DNA from: Balamuthia mandrillaris
Lineage: Eukaryota
Direction of reading: 5' to 3'
Assembly: GCA_031835245.2 (NCBI GenBank)
Contig: JAVKOQ020000008.1
Coordinates: forward strand, 248,001 to 312,000
Length of the DNA: 64,000 bases
Below the pieces are notes generated by a model. That model was not told the origin of the DNA and ran no database searches. It was given only the letters and a program-made list of their open reading frames with translations. This document shows, in pieces, positions 39,729 through 53,854 of the stretch. The translations under genes were made by a program, and so were the position numbers. Positions within the stretch are counted from its first letter, which is position 1, and every line of letters begins with the position of its first letter.

Positions 39729-42115
39729 ATGGAGAGCAGCGCTAGAGCGGACTGGTGGAGCTTCGTGCGGGAGGGACGCCTCAAACAGCTGCAAAAGGCC
39801 AACCTGCAAGTGAAAGACCTAAACAAACGAAACCATAGCGGCCAGACCTTGCTTCATCACGCCGTATTGCACAACCAACCCGCCACATTGGCGTACCTGT
39901 TGTCCTTGGCTTCTGCTTCATGGACGAGCGAGCAGCTGGACCTGGAGGTCAGAGAGGATAAGAACGGGTGGACCCCGCTTCACTGCGCCGTGGGCTTGCG
40001 CAACCTTCCATGTGTGGTGCTGTTGGTGAAGGCGGGAGCCTTACTTGACGCTCCAGACAAGAAAAATGAGACTCCCTTGGACATGATATGCGCTTCCCTG
40101 CCCTCTGTTACTGAGGGAACTCATTGCCCTCCGCCTATTGGAGAGATTTATACCTGGTGCGTCTCCTTTTTCTTGTTTGTAGTCTGTGCACCCCACACTA
40201 ACCTGCGAACGGTTGGACGTGAATGCCTGCTTGCAGGGGTGAAGGCAGCAACTACAGCCTTGGTCATGGTGACCCCTACTTTCGGGAGCGGCCCAAACGG
40301 ATAAAGCGGTTGGAAGGGGTCGATATTGTGCAACTTTCCACCTCTCACTACTCTACGGCGTGCGTTACACGCTCTGGCGCTTTGTACACGTTTGGTACTC
40401 TAACCTCTTAGGAGTCTACAAAGCAGGAGAGAGAGAGAGAGAGAGAGAAAGAGGAGGTTTTCGTTTTTTTTTCCCCGAGCCTTACGCTCTTGTTTGCAAT
40501 GTATCACTCAGGATTTGGCAAAGGAGGCCGGCTTGGCCATGGAGACGACGAGAGTTGTCTCTTGCCTAAGCGCCTTTGTGGCCCACTACGGAAAAAGAAA
40601 GTTACCAAAGTGTCTGTTGGAGAACTGCACACTGCTTTGCTCACTGACGAAGGCCATCTTTTTACTTTCGGTGCGTTCAACTGCTCTCTGCTCTCGTATC
40701 TGTAGTGTTCACACGGAATTATAGGGCAAGGTAACTATGGGCAACTCGGTCACGGTAACATGGAAAGTCTTAAACAGCCAAGGAGGGTGCGGGGCTCCTT
40801 GGACAAGCATTACTGTGTTGAAGTATCGGCAGGCGGCCATCATACCATCGTTTTAACCAGCGGCCGTGAGCTGTTTTCATTTGGACGAGGAGATAGTGGC
40901 CAGCTTGGCTATTTGGTTGACTTGGATGTTCTCAGCAGTTCTGGCAATAGTACCAATCCAACGACTCGCTCTTCCAACATGCAGGGGCAATCCACCATTC
41001 CTGCGTGTTCCCCTCCCCTATCTTATACAATCATCAACAAGTCCTCTTCTTCTCCTGCCACACGTACGGTCGCCGTGAGGTCCAGCACAGCAGATCATCC
41101 GGTGGCTCCATCTTCCTCCTGGTCATCTTCATCATCATTACTTTCAGAACCTTCCTCAGGAGATCAGTCGTGGGGTGGAAGTAGTGGGTTCCTTCTCGCG
41201 GAGACCTTCACGGAGGGAGCCGATAACCGTATCCATTACTGTCAGTTGACACCGCGTCTGATAGTGTGTATCGATGCCTCCATCGTAGAGGCGAGTGCTG
41301 GTGGCTTGCACACCGCTTGCCTTACAAATGAGGGAGAGGTATTCATCTTTGGCTTTGGGTCTCCCCACCCAAGGCGCATCAGTTTCCCTTCGCAACAAGC
41401 TCGGCCTCGGTCCCGATCTTCCATTAACCATCCTACTTCAGCCTACATGCCTACTTCAACGTTTTATTCAGAGCTCTCACCCAATGGAATGACCACAACA
41501 AGCTCGTTGTCTTCCGCTCAAGTTTCTTCCCCGATTCCCGCTTCTTCCTCTTACTACAGCATCAACGATGACTTTGTTGATCCTCACTATGTATATGCTT
41601 CGCCTGTCTCCACTTCTTCCGCTACAGCACTATCTACAACAGCCACCATCAACGTCTCCGGCGATGCCACTCTATGCGTTTTCGGCAAACAAGACCTTTT
41701 CTTGGTGGCCCCGAAAGACATATTCAACAACAAAAGGTCATCTACCGGCGGCAGCGCTGGTAGTCTGTCAAGCTCCCGCCAAAAACATAAAGCCCAAAAG
41801 CTCAAAGTGATTCGCCTCCCGTGTTTGCCCGGAAAGAAGTTTGTGACTAAAGCTGCGCTCAACGCTAACCATGAAGTATTTGCCATTTCAGGTTTTTCGC
41901 CTTTCTCTTGGCGTATTGTTATGCACATCACTCACCCATTCTTTGTGTACAACAGAACCAGATGGTCACCTTTGGAAGCATATCCATAAATATGTAGCTC
42001 CTGCAATGGGTATCAAAGAATCATCATTATCAAGCCCTTGGCAGCGAATTTCTTTTAAGCCCACTAGGTCCATTGCTTGCAGTTCTACTCACTATGCTGC
42101 TATCATTTCACGTTC

Positions 42116-42169
<54 letters not shown>

Positions 42170-45100
42170 ACGCTCGCGCTTCTTCTCTTTTCACATCTCT
42201 GATCTGTACGTATATTTCGCAATAGGAAATGCTGTTCCTCTCAAGGTTAATGTGACGCCTTCGACGTTAGCCTCTGACTTTATCAAGCAGCTCAACAACA
42301 AAGAGTTTAGTGACGTTATATTGACTCTAGCAGATAAAAATAGATATCTCTACGCTCATAAACTTATACTAGGTTTGTAATTTGTGTAGTTCTCTGCAGA
42401 CGGCGTTTACTTACATACCCCTGGTATCAATTGCAGCAAGCAGGTGCACATATTTTGCAAAACTTTTCGCCGACCTGAACAAATCGATTTCAGAGCAGAA
42501 GCAACCTCATGTATATGTGCAAGAACCACAAAACAGTAGTGGTACTTCAATAGATCACGCAGACTCCACACTGGTAAAATTTAAAAACCTTGCTCACAAT
42601 GAGGACAAAGACGTTGTTGTCATTACAGCAGGACTCGATGATTCGAGCCACTTGTCATATCCTGCTCTCTGTAAGTTCTTAAGGTAAGTTGCTATGTATA
42701 TAGACGTGTTGGCCTGTTCTCACGTTTGCAACAAGCTACCTGTACACGGGATCGCTAGAAAACCTACATGAGACCACTGTGGGAGGTGCCTACACAGAGG
42801 GGCCTAACACCGACGAAGAACGACAGGAGATTCTGCGGCTTTCACGGCTATTTCAGTTGCGGGATCGTGATCACTTATTTGATCTTCTCCGGCAACGTAG
42901 CTTGCAAAAGAAGCTTCCCAAGCCCGCCAGCGAAAGTGGACCAAAGAAACCAAACGACCAACTTCGCAACTCTCGTCAACGTGATAGGCTAGCAAGGAAG
43001 GGAAATTCTAGAAAACAAAGAAGAAGAGCTAAAACACTTTTTGATCCTCAGATAGAGGAAGCCAAGGAATGGGAAGAAGCATTGCGAGTTGCTGCAGAGC
43101 TGGACACAGCTGATGAGGTTCAAAATAACGATAACGCTGAAGAAGAAAAGGAACCAACCAAAGAGAAGGAACAACGGCAAACTTATGATAACCAACAAGA
43201 AACAGAGGAAAAAGAACGCGCCTTTAATTTCCTGCAATACGGTATGTGGAGAATGTACAACGACTTCGAAAACTGTACAGAAGTGGACATTGTGCTCGGT
43301 AACGAAACAGATGACGGTCAAGGCAATGATTGCACAACTGACAAGGCAGTTTCCTTTCACAAAGTAGTGCTGATGGCGCGGAGTGAAGTTTTTCAGGCAA
43401 TGTTCGCAAGTGGTATGGTGGAAGCGCAGAGGAAACGAATAGTATTGCCCAACGCTCAGCATTTGCTTACTCTGAAAAAGCTCAAGGAATTTTTCTATCT
43501 TGGCCAAGTGAACTTCTTGTCCCCTTTACCATCACCTCCATTCTCTTCATCATCCTTATCATCGGCAGGAACACCATCTGGATCAAATGGTGCCTTGTCA
43601 CACCAAGATGACCTCATCGAAAGTAGAGAAGCGGACCAAGACAAACAAAATGCAAACCTTTTTCTGGATTTAGACGTCATAATGGAACTCATTGAGCTCA
43701 GCAACGAGTTTATTTTGGAGCGGTTAAAGCAGCTCTGCGAAGAATTTATTGTCACAACACAACATGCCTTGTTCGAAAACCATTTGGTGGACTTACTCAT
43801 TGCCGCCGATACATATCGCTGCGATCAGTTAAAGAGAAATTGCTTAGACTACATAAGGAGCAACCTTGTTGATCTCTTAATGTCCAACTCTTTACATCCC
43901 CTATGCTCAGACTTCGATGGCAAATATTCCCATCTCTTAACTGAGGCCGAAAGACACACGTGGAACTCGTGTGCTCCCTCAGTTTCGTTCCATCACAACC
44001 TTCTTTCAACACCAGCTTCGGTAATACCTTCACAACGAAATTTGGCGTCAACTGAGGAGAAGCATGACCAGCGTGGTTTGGAACCAGAGGAAGATACGCT
44101 TTGTAATCAGGAAGGCAAACTGCGAAGAATCCGAACCTTACGCAAGAAGCTTCTTCAAATACAAAAGCTGGAGCAAAGAAGAGCTAAGGTAGGCGAAGCG
44201 CAGCTGTAACTTTTTCTCATCTAATCTTTGGTATTATTTCCCTCAGGGAGAACATTTGGACGAGTACCAGGAAGCCAAGATCATTCAGTCTTTTGCCCTC
44301 AAGGATGAACTTTCTTTACTTTGTGCTGCAGTGAGCAATGTTTCAGGCATTGAAGAGTTGTCTCCTCTGAAGCCGTCCTCTACCTCATTATCGACTACTT
44401 CCACCGATGCTTCCTTCTCCACAGACTCCACGAAAGAAACTACAAAAACTGAGGTGATCCCTTCTTCTGAGGCACAATCAAGCGATAATCCACTGGATAC
44501 AGTACCACAGGCAGCTCCCCTTGACAGAAAGATCAGCAACTGTGGCTCTTCGTTCACGCCGAAATCGAAGAGCCCAGCAACAAAAAATCCCTGGCTCGTA
44601 GGCAGAGACGAAAGAAATCACGAGAAAAGGGTGAACGACCAAACTCGTTGCCCACCAAGCACAGCCCACAGAAAGAACTCTCCGTTGCTCCTTGGTCTCA
44701 GCCAAAACCTCCACCAACAAGCCAATTCATGTCTAACCAGCCAACTGAACACGAGTTGCCCTCTACTTCTGGGCACCCTGTTTCCCTTTTGCAGATTCAG
44801 CAAGAAGAAGGGCGGCTGCAGGCAATCCCAACGCCGAGCGTTCGTTCGTCTAAATCAGTGGCCAGGAGCAGTAAAGCGAGCAAGGTTGGAGCGGATCCAA
44901 CCCCGGCGACTTCTCCCTGGTCTCCCCTGCCGGTGAACCAATCCTCTCCAACGAAAAAGTTGTCACTTTTGGACATACAAATGCAGGAAAAGGCAGCCTT
45001 ATCAAAACAGCAACCACCAACCACCAAACCCTTGCAGCGGCCGGGTTCTGGCAACAACCCCTTGCAATATTCCTCCAACGCTATTCCTATAATACCTTCC

Positions 45101-45456
45101 CAAAAAGCCGCAGCAAAGCGACCAGATCCAGCCAGAGCAGAGCAATCAAAGCAGTGGAGCCTGCCAATTCATCCAGCAATCCCTGGGCTGCCAAAGCTGC
45201 TCCTCCAGTTTCTGTCGAGCAGAGAACCATCACCAGAATGCAAGGGAGCAACACCTCACAAACAAAGCCCCTGTCACTGCGCGAGATTCAAGCAGAGGAG
45301 ACTCAAAGAGCCTCCTCAACCAGAAAGTGGACAGATAAGCCGCCAACTGCCGACCTCCGCTTCATTCAGGAAGAGGAAGAGGCCAACCAGTTAATTCATC
45401 AATTTTATGCCAATAATCCACAGGAGCTCTTTTGGGATGCACTGAACCAGCGGTAG
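39729..45456 (+). CDS. Ankyrin-RCC1-BTB-BTB protein (IBTK/Btb1-like)
   Basis: Ankyrin repeats (SGQTLLHHAV, NGWTPLHCAV), RCC1 repeats (GRLGHGD, VSAGGHHT, GRGDSGQLG), BTB1 (FSDVIL..YAHKLIL), BTB2 (FHKVVLMARSEVFQAMF..LERLKQLCE) and C-terminal SLxxIQxEE repeats. Frame changes in the 3' region are unresolved. Confidence 0.85.
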
Positions 45457-45573
45457 GGATGATGATGAGATTGTTTCATCCTTCTGCCTATTTTTTTCCT
45501 CCTTGTAAACAAGATGACAGTTTATTGTGCTGCATACCATCCAACGTCCAGTGTAGAGGATCAAGGCTGACAG

Positions 45574-45798
45574 TTAGGGGCTTGGTTGCACCGATAGAAT
45601 AAATGTGCGTATTTCCATAGGTGAAAGGACCACTGTGAAAGGCGGAGCATCGCCTTTGTGACGAGGAACCGCATTGCTTTGTGCCGTTTTCCACGAGTAT
45701 CTATGAACCTGACTTTTTGGTTGATTAGCACTGAGGTTCTGTTCTTCAAGTTTCAGCACGTCAAAGTTGGCAAACAGGCTGGCAATATTCACCTGTAG

Positions 45799-45833
<35 letters not shown>

Positions 45834-46457
45834 CAACAATGCTGCAACAGAAGCGTGATGTGCTATGATGTGCTGCACTGTGAAATTTACCTGAACAGGC
45901 TGCGAATATTTAGGATGCTCTCCGTGAGCATAGATATGGTTCAAACGAAGAAGGAATTGATTGGGAGTGTCCAAGGGTTTCAGTGTTTGAAGATGGATGT
46001 TAGGCGGCAGAGATTGTCTCAGAGGAATAAACTCGCTCGCATAAGTTGAAAACCACTCTTTGGCGCTGCTGCCACCTGAGATTAAGAGGTAAGTAGATGC
46101 TCTATAATAAATCAATACAAAGTAGCTTCAGTCACCTTGGTCAAAGTCACTAGCAAACCACAGCAGGCAGGGATTGTTTAGGCGCAGTGCTTCCTCTCTC
46201 TGGAAGAGGGTAGAGTTGGTGGCTGGACCCACAAAGACTCGATGGACAGTACGAATGGCCTCAGTCTCATTAAGAGGCTCGCCAACCCCTCTGCTGTCAT
46301 CGTGCAAAAGACGCCTGTGTAGCATCACTTCAAATTCACCATTGGTAAGGCTGCTAGCACCTTGGGAACGATCAGTTACAATTCTGTGTTTCGATTTCGT
46401 TTGGTTAGTATATGAACAGAATGACGCCAACGTTTGATAAGGAAAAGCTGCATAAAA

Positions 46458-46495
<38 letters not shown>

Positions 46496-46924
46496 CAAAC
46501 GTAAATCTCATGTCGCTATTCGTGTCGTTGATGTACGCGGCAGTGTTTATGGGATAATAGTTGCCAGCTACAGGTTCATTAACTTGTAGCTGCCAAGTTG
46601 GTCTGTAGTTGTAGCGACGTTGCTGCATTTCTTGGCCTTCTGAGTCGGTGTACCAAGTGTGTGCATTACTTATGTTGGTGTTGAATTTTGTGATCATCTG
46701 TGAATTGTTATGACATTAGAAATGGGGTATATGAATACACTGTACCACTGCATACCTCTTTACCCCACTGATCCGTGATGTTAATCGGTCCGATGTTGTA
46801 CTCAAACTCGACAAAGGGTGAGCGCTCATAAAGCCTTATCTTCTGAGAGGCCCAGGAATTCCACTTTATTTGGAATTCCTTATTTTTTTAACGAGAAAGA
46901 GAAAGTTAAAGAGAAAGTTAAAGT

Positions 46925-46970
<46 letters not shown>

Positions 46971-49858
46971 TTAGCGAATAGGCTACGGTAAGTACAGCCA
47001 CAGAAGCAAACCTTGAAAATGGGTCCAGAAGTGAGCAAAAGAAGGTCTGGAGTATTATCATCACCAGTAAGGGGCAGCGGGTTTGTGCTGTTTGGTCTGA
47101 AAATATAGGCACCTATTGATCATATGGTCGGTTGCAGTTGCTGAAATGGGAGTATTAAAATAGCGCAAACCTGATGCTTGGCTTGACTCGGGGTTCCCAA
47201 TACTAGCATTATACCATAAGAGGTTTTGTTGCATTGCCAAAGACTGTGAAGTTTGCTTGTTTATAATGAAGGAAAGACGTTTTGTGGTCTGATTTACCAA
47301 CACCGAAAAGTAGTCATTCGATATTTCAACGTTTGCTTGCTCCACAGTATCCGACATAACCACCGTCTTTACGGGGGTAGCATGTAGTCGAGAATGCGAT
47401 GGTTGGATGACAACGCTTCTGTAACCAAGCGCCGGGACATCAACAGCAAAGACCAGTGTGAGATATCCTGGCCGATCCACATTCTTTTGTAGCTGAGAGG
47501 GAATTGTTTGCCCATATTGATCCACAACTGAAAAAAAGCGGAGGTTAACCAGAAACACAAGCAATTTGGTGCTCGCAAAGCATTCCAAGGAGAAAGGCAA
47601 ACCTTCAAAGTCACCAACAGGAACAGGTACAGCAAAGTATTCGCTTCTATTCCAGGCCAACGGATTTGTTATCACTAAGGGAACAATGCGATCTTGCGAC
47701 AAAGCTTGCGTGAGTGGATCACACAAGCTAACGTTGAGATATTGACAGGATGTTAGCAAGGGTGGGTGAGGATCGGCCGGTTGACTATGCACGTGTCTAC
47801 TATTGCTGGATAACAACGGCTCTTGCATAAGGAGGCTTCCACGTTTTGTCAACAACTGACCTAACGTCTGTTCCATCAATTCTTCGCATGCTTCGGTACC
47901 AATTGAGAGCTGCTTGGCATAGTCATCTGCAACGTGCTGCTTTTCTGTCCCAGACACAGCGTCATGGTGTTGAGCTACCGCCAGTGCATATTCCAGAGTC
48001 TGTATATGTTCCAAAGCCCAATCCTCGTCTGTTGACGGTAAAATACCTGTCATACATTGAAAGCCAGAGAAACGGTCAAAATATGGCATTGTAAAACCAT
48101 AAAACGTGAAAAGTGAGAACTGAAGCACACCTTGCGAGACAGAATAAAACCTTTCAGCACCTCTAAGCAAATTTGCTCGGCTACGCACGTACCCTTTCAA
48201 AGCTGGTCGACTTGTAAAATAGCCTGTCCAATAGGCATGTGCTGCAACCATGAGAGAAAGAGAGAACGAGAAGAGATGTTCAGACAATCAGTAGGAAGCA
48301 ATAAAGATAGACAGTATGCCACAAACCATAGTCTGCATAGGGAAAGAAATCATCCGTTTTCACGGACCAAGTAATATTGCGTGATTCAGCAACCTCATGT
48401 ACAGCTTTTATGTACAAACTTGGTGTGCTATACATGATTTTTACTCCAAACTGAGGGTTTGCATTTATATACTTGATTAACTTGTCCATGTTCTGGGATT
48501 GCGGCCGCAGAATGGGAGTATCAATCCAAGAGGTTAATAAAGGGTAAGGCAAGGAACTTCAAGAGAAAGAGAACCTTGAAATTTATGTTTGCATTCATAA
48601 ACTGAAAGTCGTCGCCAAAAGTCATCATTATCTGGTTAGTTCGGTAGACTTTGCGTCGTTCTTTGGCATTGTTGACCAATTGTAAGGCACGAGTGTGGAG
48701 GTTGTAGCCTTCAAGCCGGGGGTCGTCCTTGATTGGATCAACATTATCACATTCGAAACAAAAACCACTAGGTGGACCATAATGATCTGTGCAAATTCAA
48801 AGTAAGAGATTGTAGGTTGACAACCAAGAGAGAAAATGAACAGAGAGTTAAATACCATAAAGAACATGGGTGAACATTTCTGTCTCATGGCCAAGACTTT
48901 GGCTGCCCCTCCAAATAAACTCCATTTCTTGGGTCTTAGCGCGTTGGGCATGATCTTAAAGGTGAAGCGAGACGGGGTGAGGATGGGGAATATGGGGAGT
49001 AATTAACAATCCACAGTGCATACCCTGATAGTCAATACGCGCAAAAAAGAATGCATTGAACCCCATTAACGCGAAGAGGGAGGCCTGAGTGGAGGCATGA
49101 CCAAAGGGATCTTTGGTTATTGGGACGTGCATTACTACAAAGAACAAATAAATTCAAGAGAAAACAAAGGGGTGTTTTTACCAATGTGCCAACCGATGGT
49201 GGGCTGTACTCCAAACTCCCGCAAGAGAAAACGGTGACCGCTGGTCATTTGATCCACAATGGCCTCGTAATGGGTTGTTGCTTCATCGTTCATGCACCAT
49301 CCTCCGTTGATGAACTCTAGCCTTCCCGAAGATACCAGCTCCCTCACTACTTCCTTCATGTCTTCCGTTTGCTCGGCCCACCACCTCTCGAAAAAGGCGA
49401 TCTCGACGTAGATGAAGCGTTTGGTGGGATCTAGCCTGAGCTCCCTTATCACAGAATCCAAGATGTATTGTACGCCAGCTTCTTGTATGGTATTGTTTGC
49501 TCCGTAGTAGTACTGGTCTACCGTTTTGAGCCAGCCTACATCCTGCACGCAAACGCCAGCCAGAGACATGCCAAAGCAACAAAAAAGAGTGAGCAAGGCC
49601 AGATGGACTCTGCAGAGGGCTGATGGTTCATGAACGTACGTCGTGAGTATGGGCAACCACATGAACAACAAGCTCCTCAGCTTTCCAATCTGCAGCGGTA
49701 GCAGCAGCAGCAGGAACCCTGCCTTGGTGGTGAGAGGTAGTGTCAAGATTAGCAGCCAGCGAACCTGCCACCCACAACAGAGCGAGAAGGAGGGAACAAT
49801 AAAACGGGGCAGGGGGCCAGCCAGGCGTGGAAAAGGACTTGGCCGCGTGCCTCAACAT
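45574..49858 (-). CDS. Lysosomal alpha-mannosidase (GH38), many exons
   Basis: Hydrophobic signal segment, then [98 protein letters not shown] and LSPMEIRTF. Confidence 0.95.
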
Positions 49859-50093
49859 TGTAAACAATCAAGAGAGCCTCTCGGTAGTAGGGCAGGTTGA
49901 GTGTTGTGGGTCGAGGTCTTTAGGAGGAGGATGCGGGGTGGCCAAAAGGGGTGAGATGGTATGGTGATGGCATCGGCTGACACGCCCCCGCCCTCATAAT
50001 TAATGATGTTGATGATGGTGGCTGCTTCCACTGCCCCTCAGGCATTTCTCTTTGTTGTTCCCCCCCCCCAAAGCAAGCAAGCAAGCAAGCAAC

Positions 50094-50690
50094 ATGCAAG
50101 GGACGATGGCGCAGCTGCGGCAGCGGCGGCAGGAGAAGGAGGAGGAGGAGGAGGGAGGTGTTTTTGCTTTGTGGCGGACGGCACCCTCCCCTCTCCCAAG
50201 GAAAAGAATTACCCCATTTACGTCGGTGGCTAGAGGCGTTCTTATCGTTGCACTTCTAGTTGTCACTGTGTGGGCAAGTAGTTGTTGCGCAGAGGGCGGA
50301 GAAAGGGAGGAGATTGCGGAGGCAGCCGCTACCTACTACGAGGTGCACGGGAGAGTGGTTGCTGCCACTAACACCACTCGCATTATTTTGCATGGGAATG
50401 GAGGACAACTCTCCCAGTTACCAACAACGAAGGATGGGCTGTTTAGAATGTGGGTGAGCCCTCTCATCCTTCCTTAGCACTCCGACCGTGCCTTTGCTTG
50501 CTCTAACCTCTCGTCCGACAACACCATGTGACAGCAAAGACCTACCTAGTGGTGCCTATCTGCTAGAGGTGGTATCGAACGAGCACCTCTATCCCTTGGT
50601 AGTTATCTCTCATTCCTCTAGAACCCATCACCTCAACTTGCCGCTTCTCTCCCTACATAACTACTGAGCATTCGTTCACTGTGTTGTTAC

Positions 50691-50730
<40 letters not shown>

Positions 50731-51341
50731 GCCAGTTACGGGTGGATGTCAGCGCCAAACACAATGGCAAAGTGAAGGCCAGGCTTGCCGGTGATTCTGT
50801 CAAGAGCAAGAGTCTCTCTTATCCTTTGAACATTGAACCTTTGGCTCCGATGCAATTTTTTGAGGTGCTCTCTCTTTCCCTAGCCAGTGTTTTGTGCCTC
50901 CTCCCACGCTTTTTCTTATTTGCTTTTACAGGAGCGCAAAGGCTTCAACTTCCTCGAGCTCTTCAAAAACCCGATGGTCATTATGATGGGTGTCACATTG
51001 GTGATGATACTGGTCGTGCCAAAGCTTATGGGTACTACTTCTGGCCACGCTTCTTTTCTCCGTTGTATTAAGCGTTGAAACTTATTGTGACATTCATAAT
51101 TGCAACATTTAGACTCTGAAGCAATGAAAGAGGCTCAAGCCCAGGCACAAGGCCAGAACCCTCTCGGTACCTCATTGCCCATTCTGCTATTTTGATCGCT
51201 TTACCTATACCATCACTTACCTTAGCTAATCTAGAAATGCTAACCAATTGGGGAGAATCAAATGCAGCACCTTCCTCATCTAATGCAAACAGCACCTCTG
51301 AGTCTGCCAAAAACAGGGCCAGAAGGAAAAAAAACCAGTAA
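50094..51341 (+). CDS. EMC7: ER membrane protein complex subunit 7
   Basis: Hydrophobic signal segment, DGLF..DLPSGAYLLEV..LRVDVS, YPLNIEPL..FFE/ERKGFNFLELFKNPMVIMMGVTLVMILVVPKLM. Confidence 0.88.
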
Positions 51342-51483
51342 GAAAAGAGGGGAGAGGACAGATGTGCGGACAAAAAGTACCGTGTGCAGAGAGGCAAGGA
51401 GAAGGCTGTCACGTCGTCCCGACTCAACAAAAATAAAATAAAAATAAAAGAAAACAAGCTATTGGGGGTCGAGAAGACCAACC

Positions 51484-52317
51484 ATGCAGCAGCCCTCTGC
51501 AGCTTGCGACCCAGCAGGTTCCTATTGGGGCTTGTGGACAGGGTATGGTGTTTGGTTACTGCGGGGCAACGGCACAAGCAGCGTGAGTTTAGAAGAACCA
51601 GAGGTCGAGAGCAAAATTGGCGAGTTTTATGGGAAGGGTGTGCTATCACGCAGCAGTCCCTGCTTCTTTACCACCAAACCACACCAACACCACAAATCCA
51701 CAAACGACGCAACGAACGTCAATCTCAACACAGTCAAGCGCCAACAATATGGCTTTCATCGCTCAACAAAGCCTGGGGTAAAGCTTTTTGTTTTTTGTAC
51801 TTGCTAAATTCTCATCTTTTTGAAAGTGCAGAGGATGGTGGCCACCTGTTGAGAGAAAACATAGCCATAATTTGTATCACATGTTTCAAAACGGAGTACA
51901 TGAACCACTACAACTGGGACTAGAAGAAGCTTTTTTTTTGGTCTTTGATTTACAAACACTCACTGTCTTCATGTGTGAAGATACAAATAACCTGAAAGAA
52001 CAATTACCTGTTCTTTTGTCATACCATGCTTTAATTAATGCATTAGACCTACAAACACAAATATTGGCAATGAAACGACCTCTCACTAAAGAAGAATGCT
52101 TTGCTTTGTTTTCCTTTGCAAAACCTACATTTATGGCCAGTTATTTAGTTTATTCCCATTTTAAAAAACAAGGCTGGACCATAAAAACTGGTTTGAAATA
52201 TGGTGCTGACTTTGTACTTTACCATGATAGTCCATTTTTAAGTCATGCTGAGTATGTTGTTGTCTTATGTTGTTTTATGTTGTTGTTGTTGTTGTTGTTG
52301 TTGTCGTTGTTGTTGTG

Positions 52318-52390
<73 letters not shown>

Positions 52391-52740
52391 CTTGTTATTG
52401 TTCTTGTTGTTATCACTGTTGCTGTTGCTGTAACAATTGTAATTGCTTTATTTTTTTAATTCTTATTTTTTAATGAATATTATTTATTAGATGGGCAGTG
52501 AAAATTATAAACCAAAAGAAAGAAGCTTTGAGCTGCACTCTAAATGAAAATTCTTTAAATAATATTCAACGTATTATAAAACATGTGGCAAAGGTATTTA
52601 AATACTTGCTTTTATTATTTATATTAACATTAATTTTTTTAATTAAGGGCCTTATATTATGCTTTGTTGATAATATAAATACTACTTTTTCATGTTTAAA
52701 TCAACAAAATTTGATAAAAACTTGTATTTTAAAGAAATAA
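51484..52740 (+). CDS. TSEN2: tRNA-splicing endonuclease catalytic subunit Sen2 (3' end atypical)
   Basis: FYGKGVLSRS, EPLQLGLEEAFFL, YLVYSHFKKQGWTIKTGLKYGADFVLY..HAE/WAV, R..HVAK/GLILCFV. The Tyr/His/Lys catalytic positions are present. Confidence 0.85.
52278..52390. repeat. (TTG)n microsatellite in a TSEN2 intron
   Basis: Directly visible. Confidence 0.95.
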
Positions 52741-53854
52741 TGACAACAATTTATAATTAACAATATTAAAAAAGTAAATAATAAAATAGTTAATATTTTT
52801 GTTGAAAAGTATTCTCATCATAATCACTCCTTTTTCTTTCTTTTCTTTTTATCAACATTTGTGACATAGACTAATCACCTACTGCCATATTGCTGGGCTT
52901 TTTCTTTTTATTCCATTGCTTCCTTTTTTCCTTTAAGTTATTTTCATTTCTCTTTTAATATCTTTGTTTCCTTGTTTCCCCTTTGAATAATACATTTTGG
53001 TCCCATTTATTCATTTATTATTTACCTTTTCAAACAATTTGCTGGATTGTTTATAAAGAATAAGGTTGAGACAATTCTTGACCATGTTATACTACTCTCT
53101 CATAATACCTATCCTTATCTCTTCTTGTATATATATTTTTTTCTTTCATTCTATTAAAGGTCTTTTCTCTGCACACAACGAGTTGGTATCCATTGGGTTG
53201 TTTCCTTACCAGCTTTATTACAACCACTTGGATTCCTGAACTTTGCCTTAGTTACCTGCTGATAAAATACAACCATACTTTAATAACATCATCTGAGGAA
53301 CCAGCAGGCAGTTCAACAGGCATCCTATTGTGGTCACTACTAGTTGATGCCTCACTAATATAACCTGGCCACTCTGGTAGTCCCTTAACTTGTAATCAGA
53401 ACATTGATTGTTATAGCTGTTGTTAATATGGTCTACTTTCATTTATACATTCCTCTTATTCTGTTTCCTTTCCTCCTTTCTTTCATTTCTTCTACCACCT
53501 CGCCTGTTTGACTATTCTCCATGCCTGCCCATTGGTCCAAGTCATTTAGCTTTGCTCCTGGGTCACAAGAAGCAAACTCTGTTTGATGTATTACCTGGAT
53601 TGAAGGTGGCAACAACATCAGTAAAACGTCACTTAAAGTTGCATAATATCAGAACTTGAACCAGTCTTGCACTATGTGTTGGCATTTAGAAGTCTTTGGC
53701 AATCTACTTGCCAAAATAAGCAACAATGTCCCTCTGCTACTTGTTTTTTTCAACTTTTTTCTTTCATTTTGTCTATTTTCTTTCATAGTACTTACTTAAG
53801 TAAAAGCAGATAAATGTTGGCTGTGCAGATACTTTCTTCTCGTTTTTTTCATTT

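Noticed and set aside
52245..52473. Poly-Cys, poly-Val and poly-Leu ORFs
   Set aside because: They come from the intronic (TTG)n repeat.
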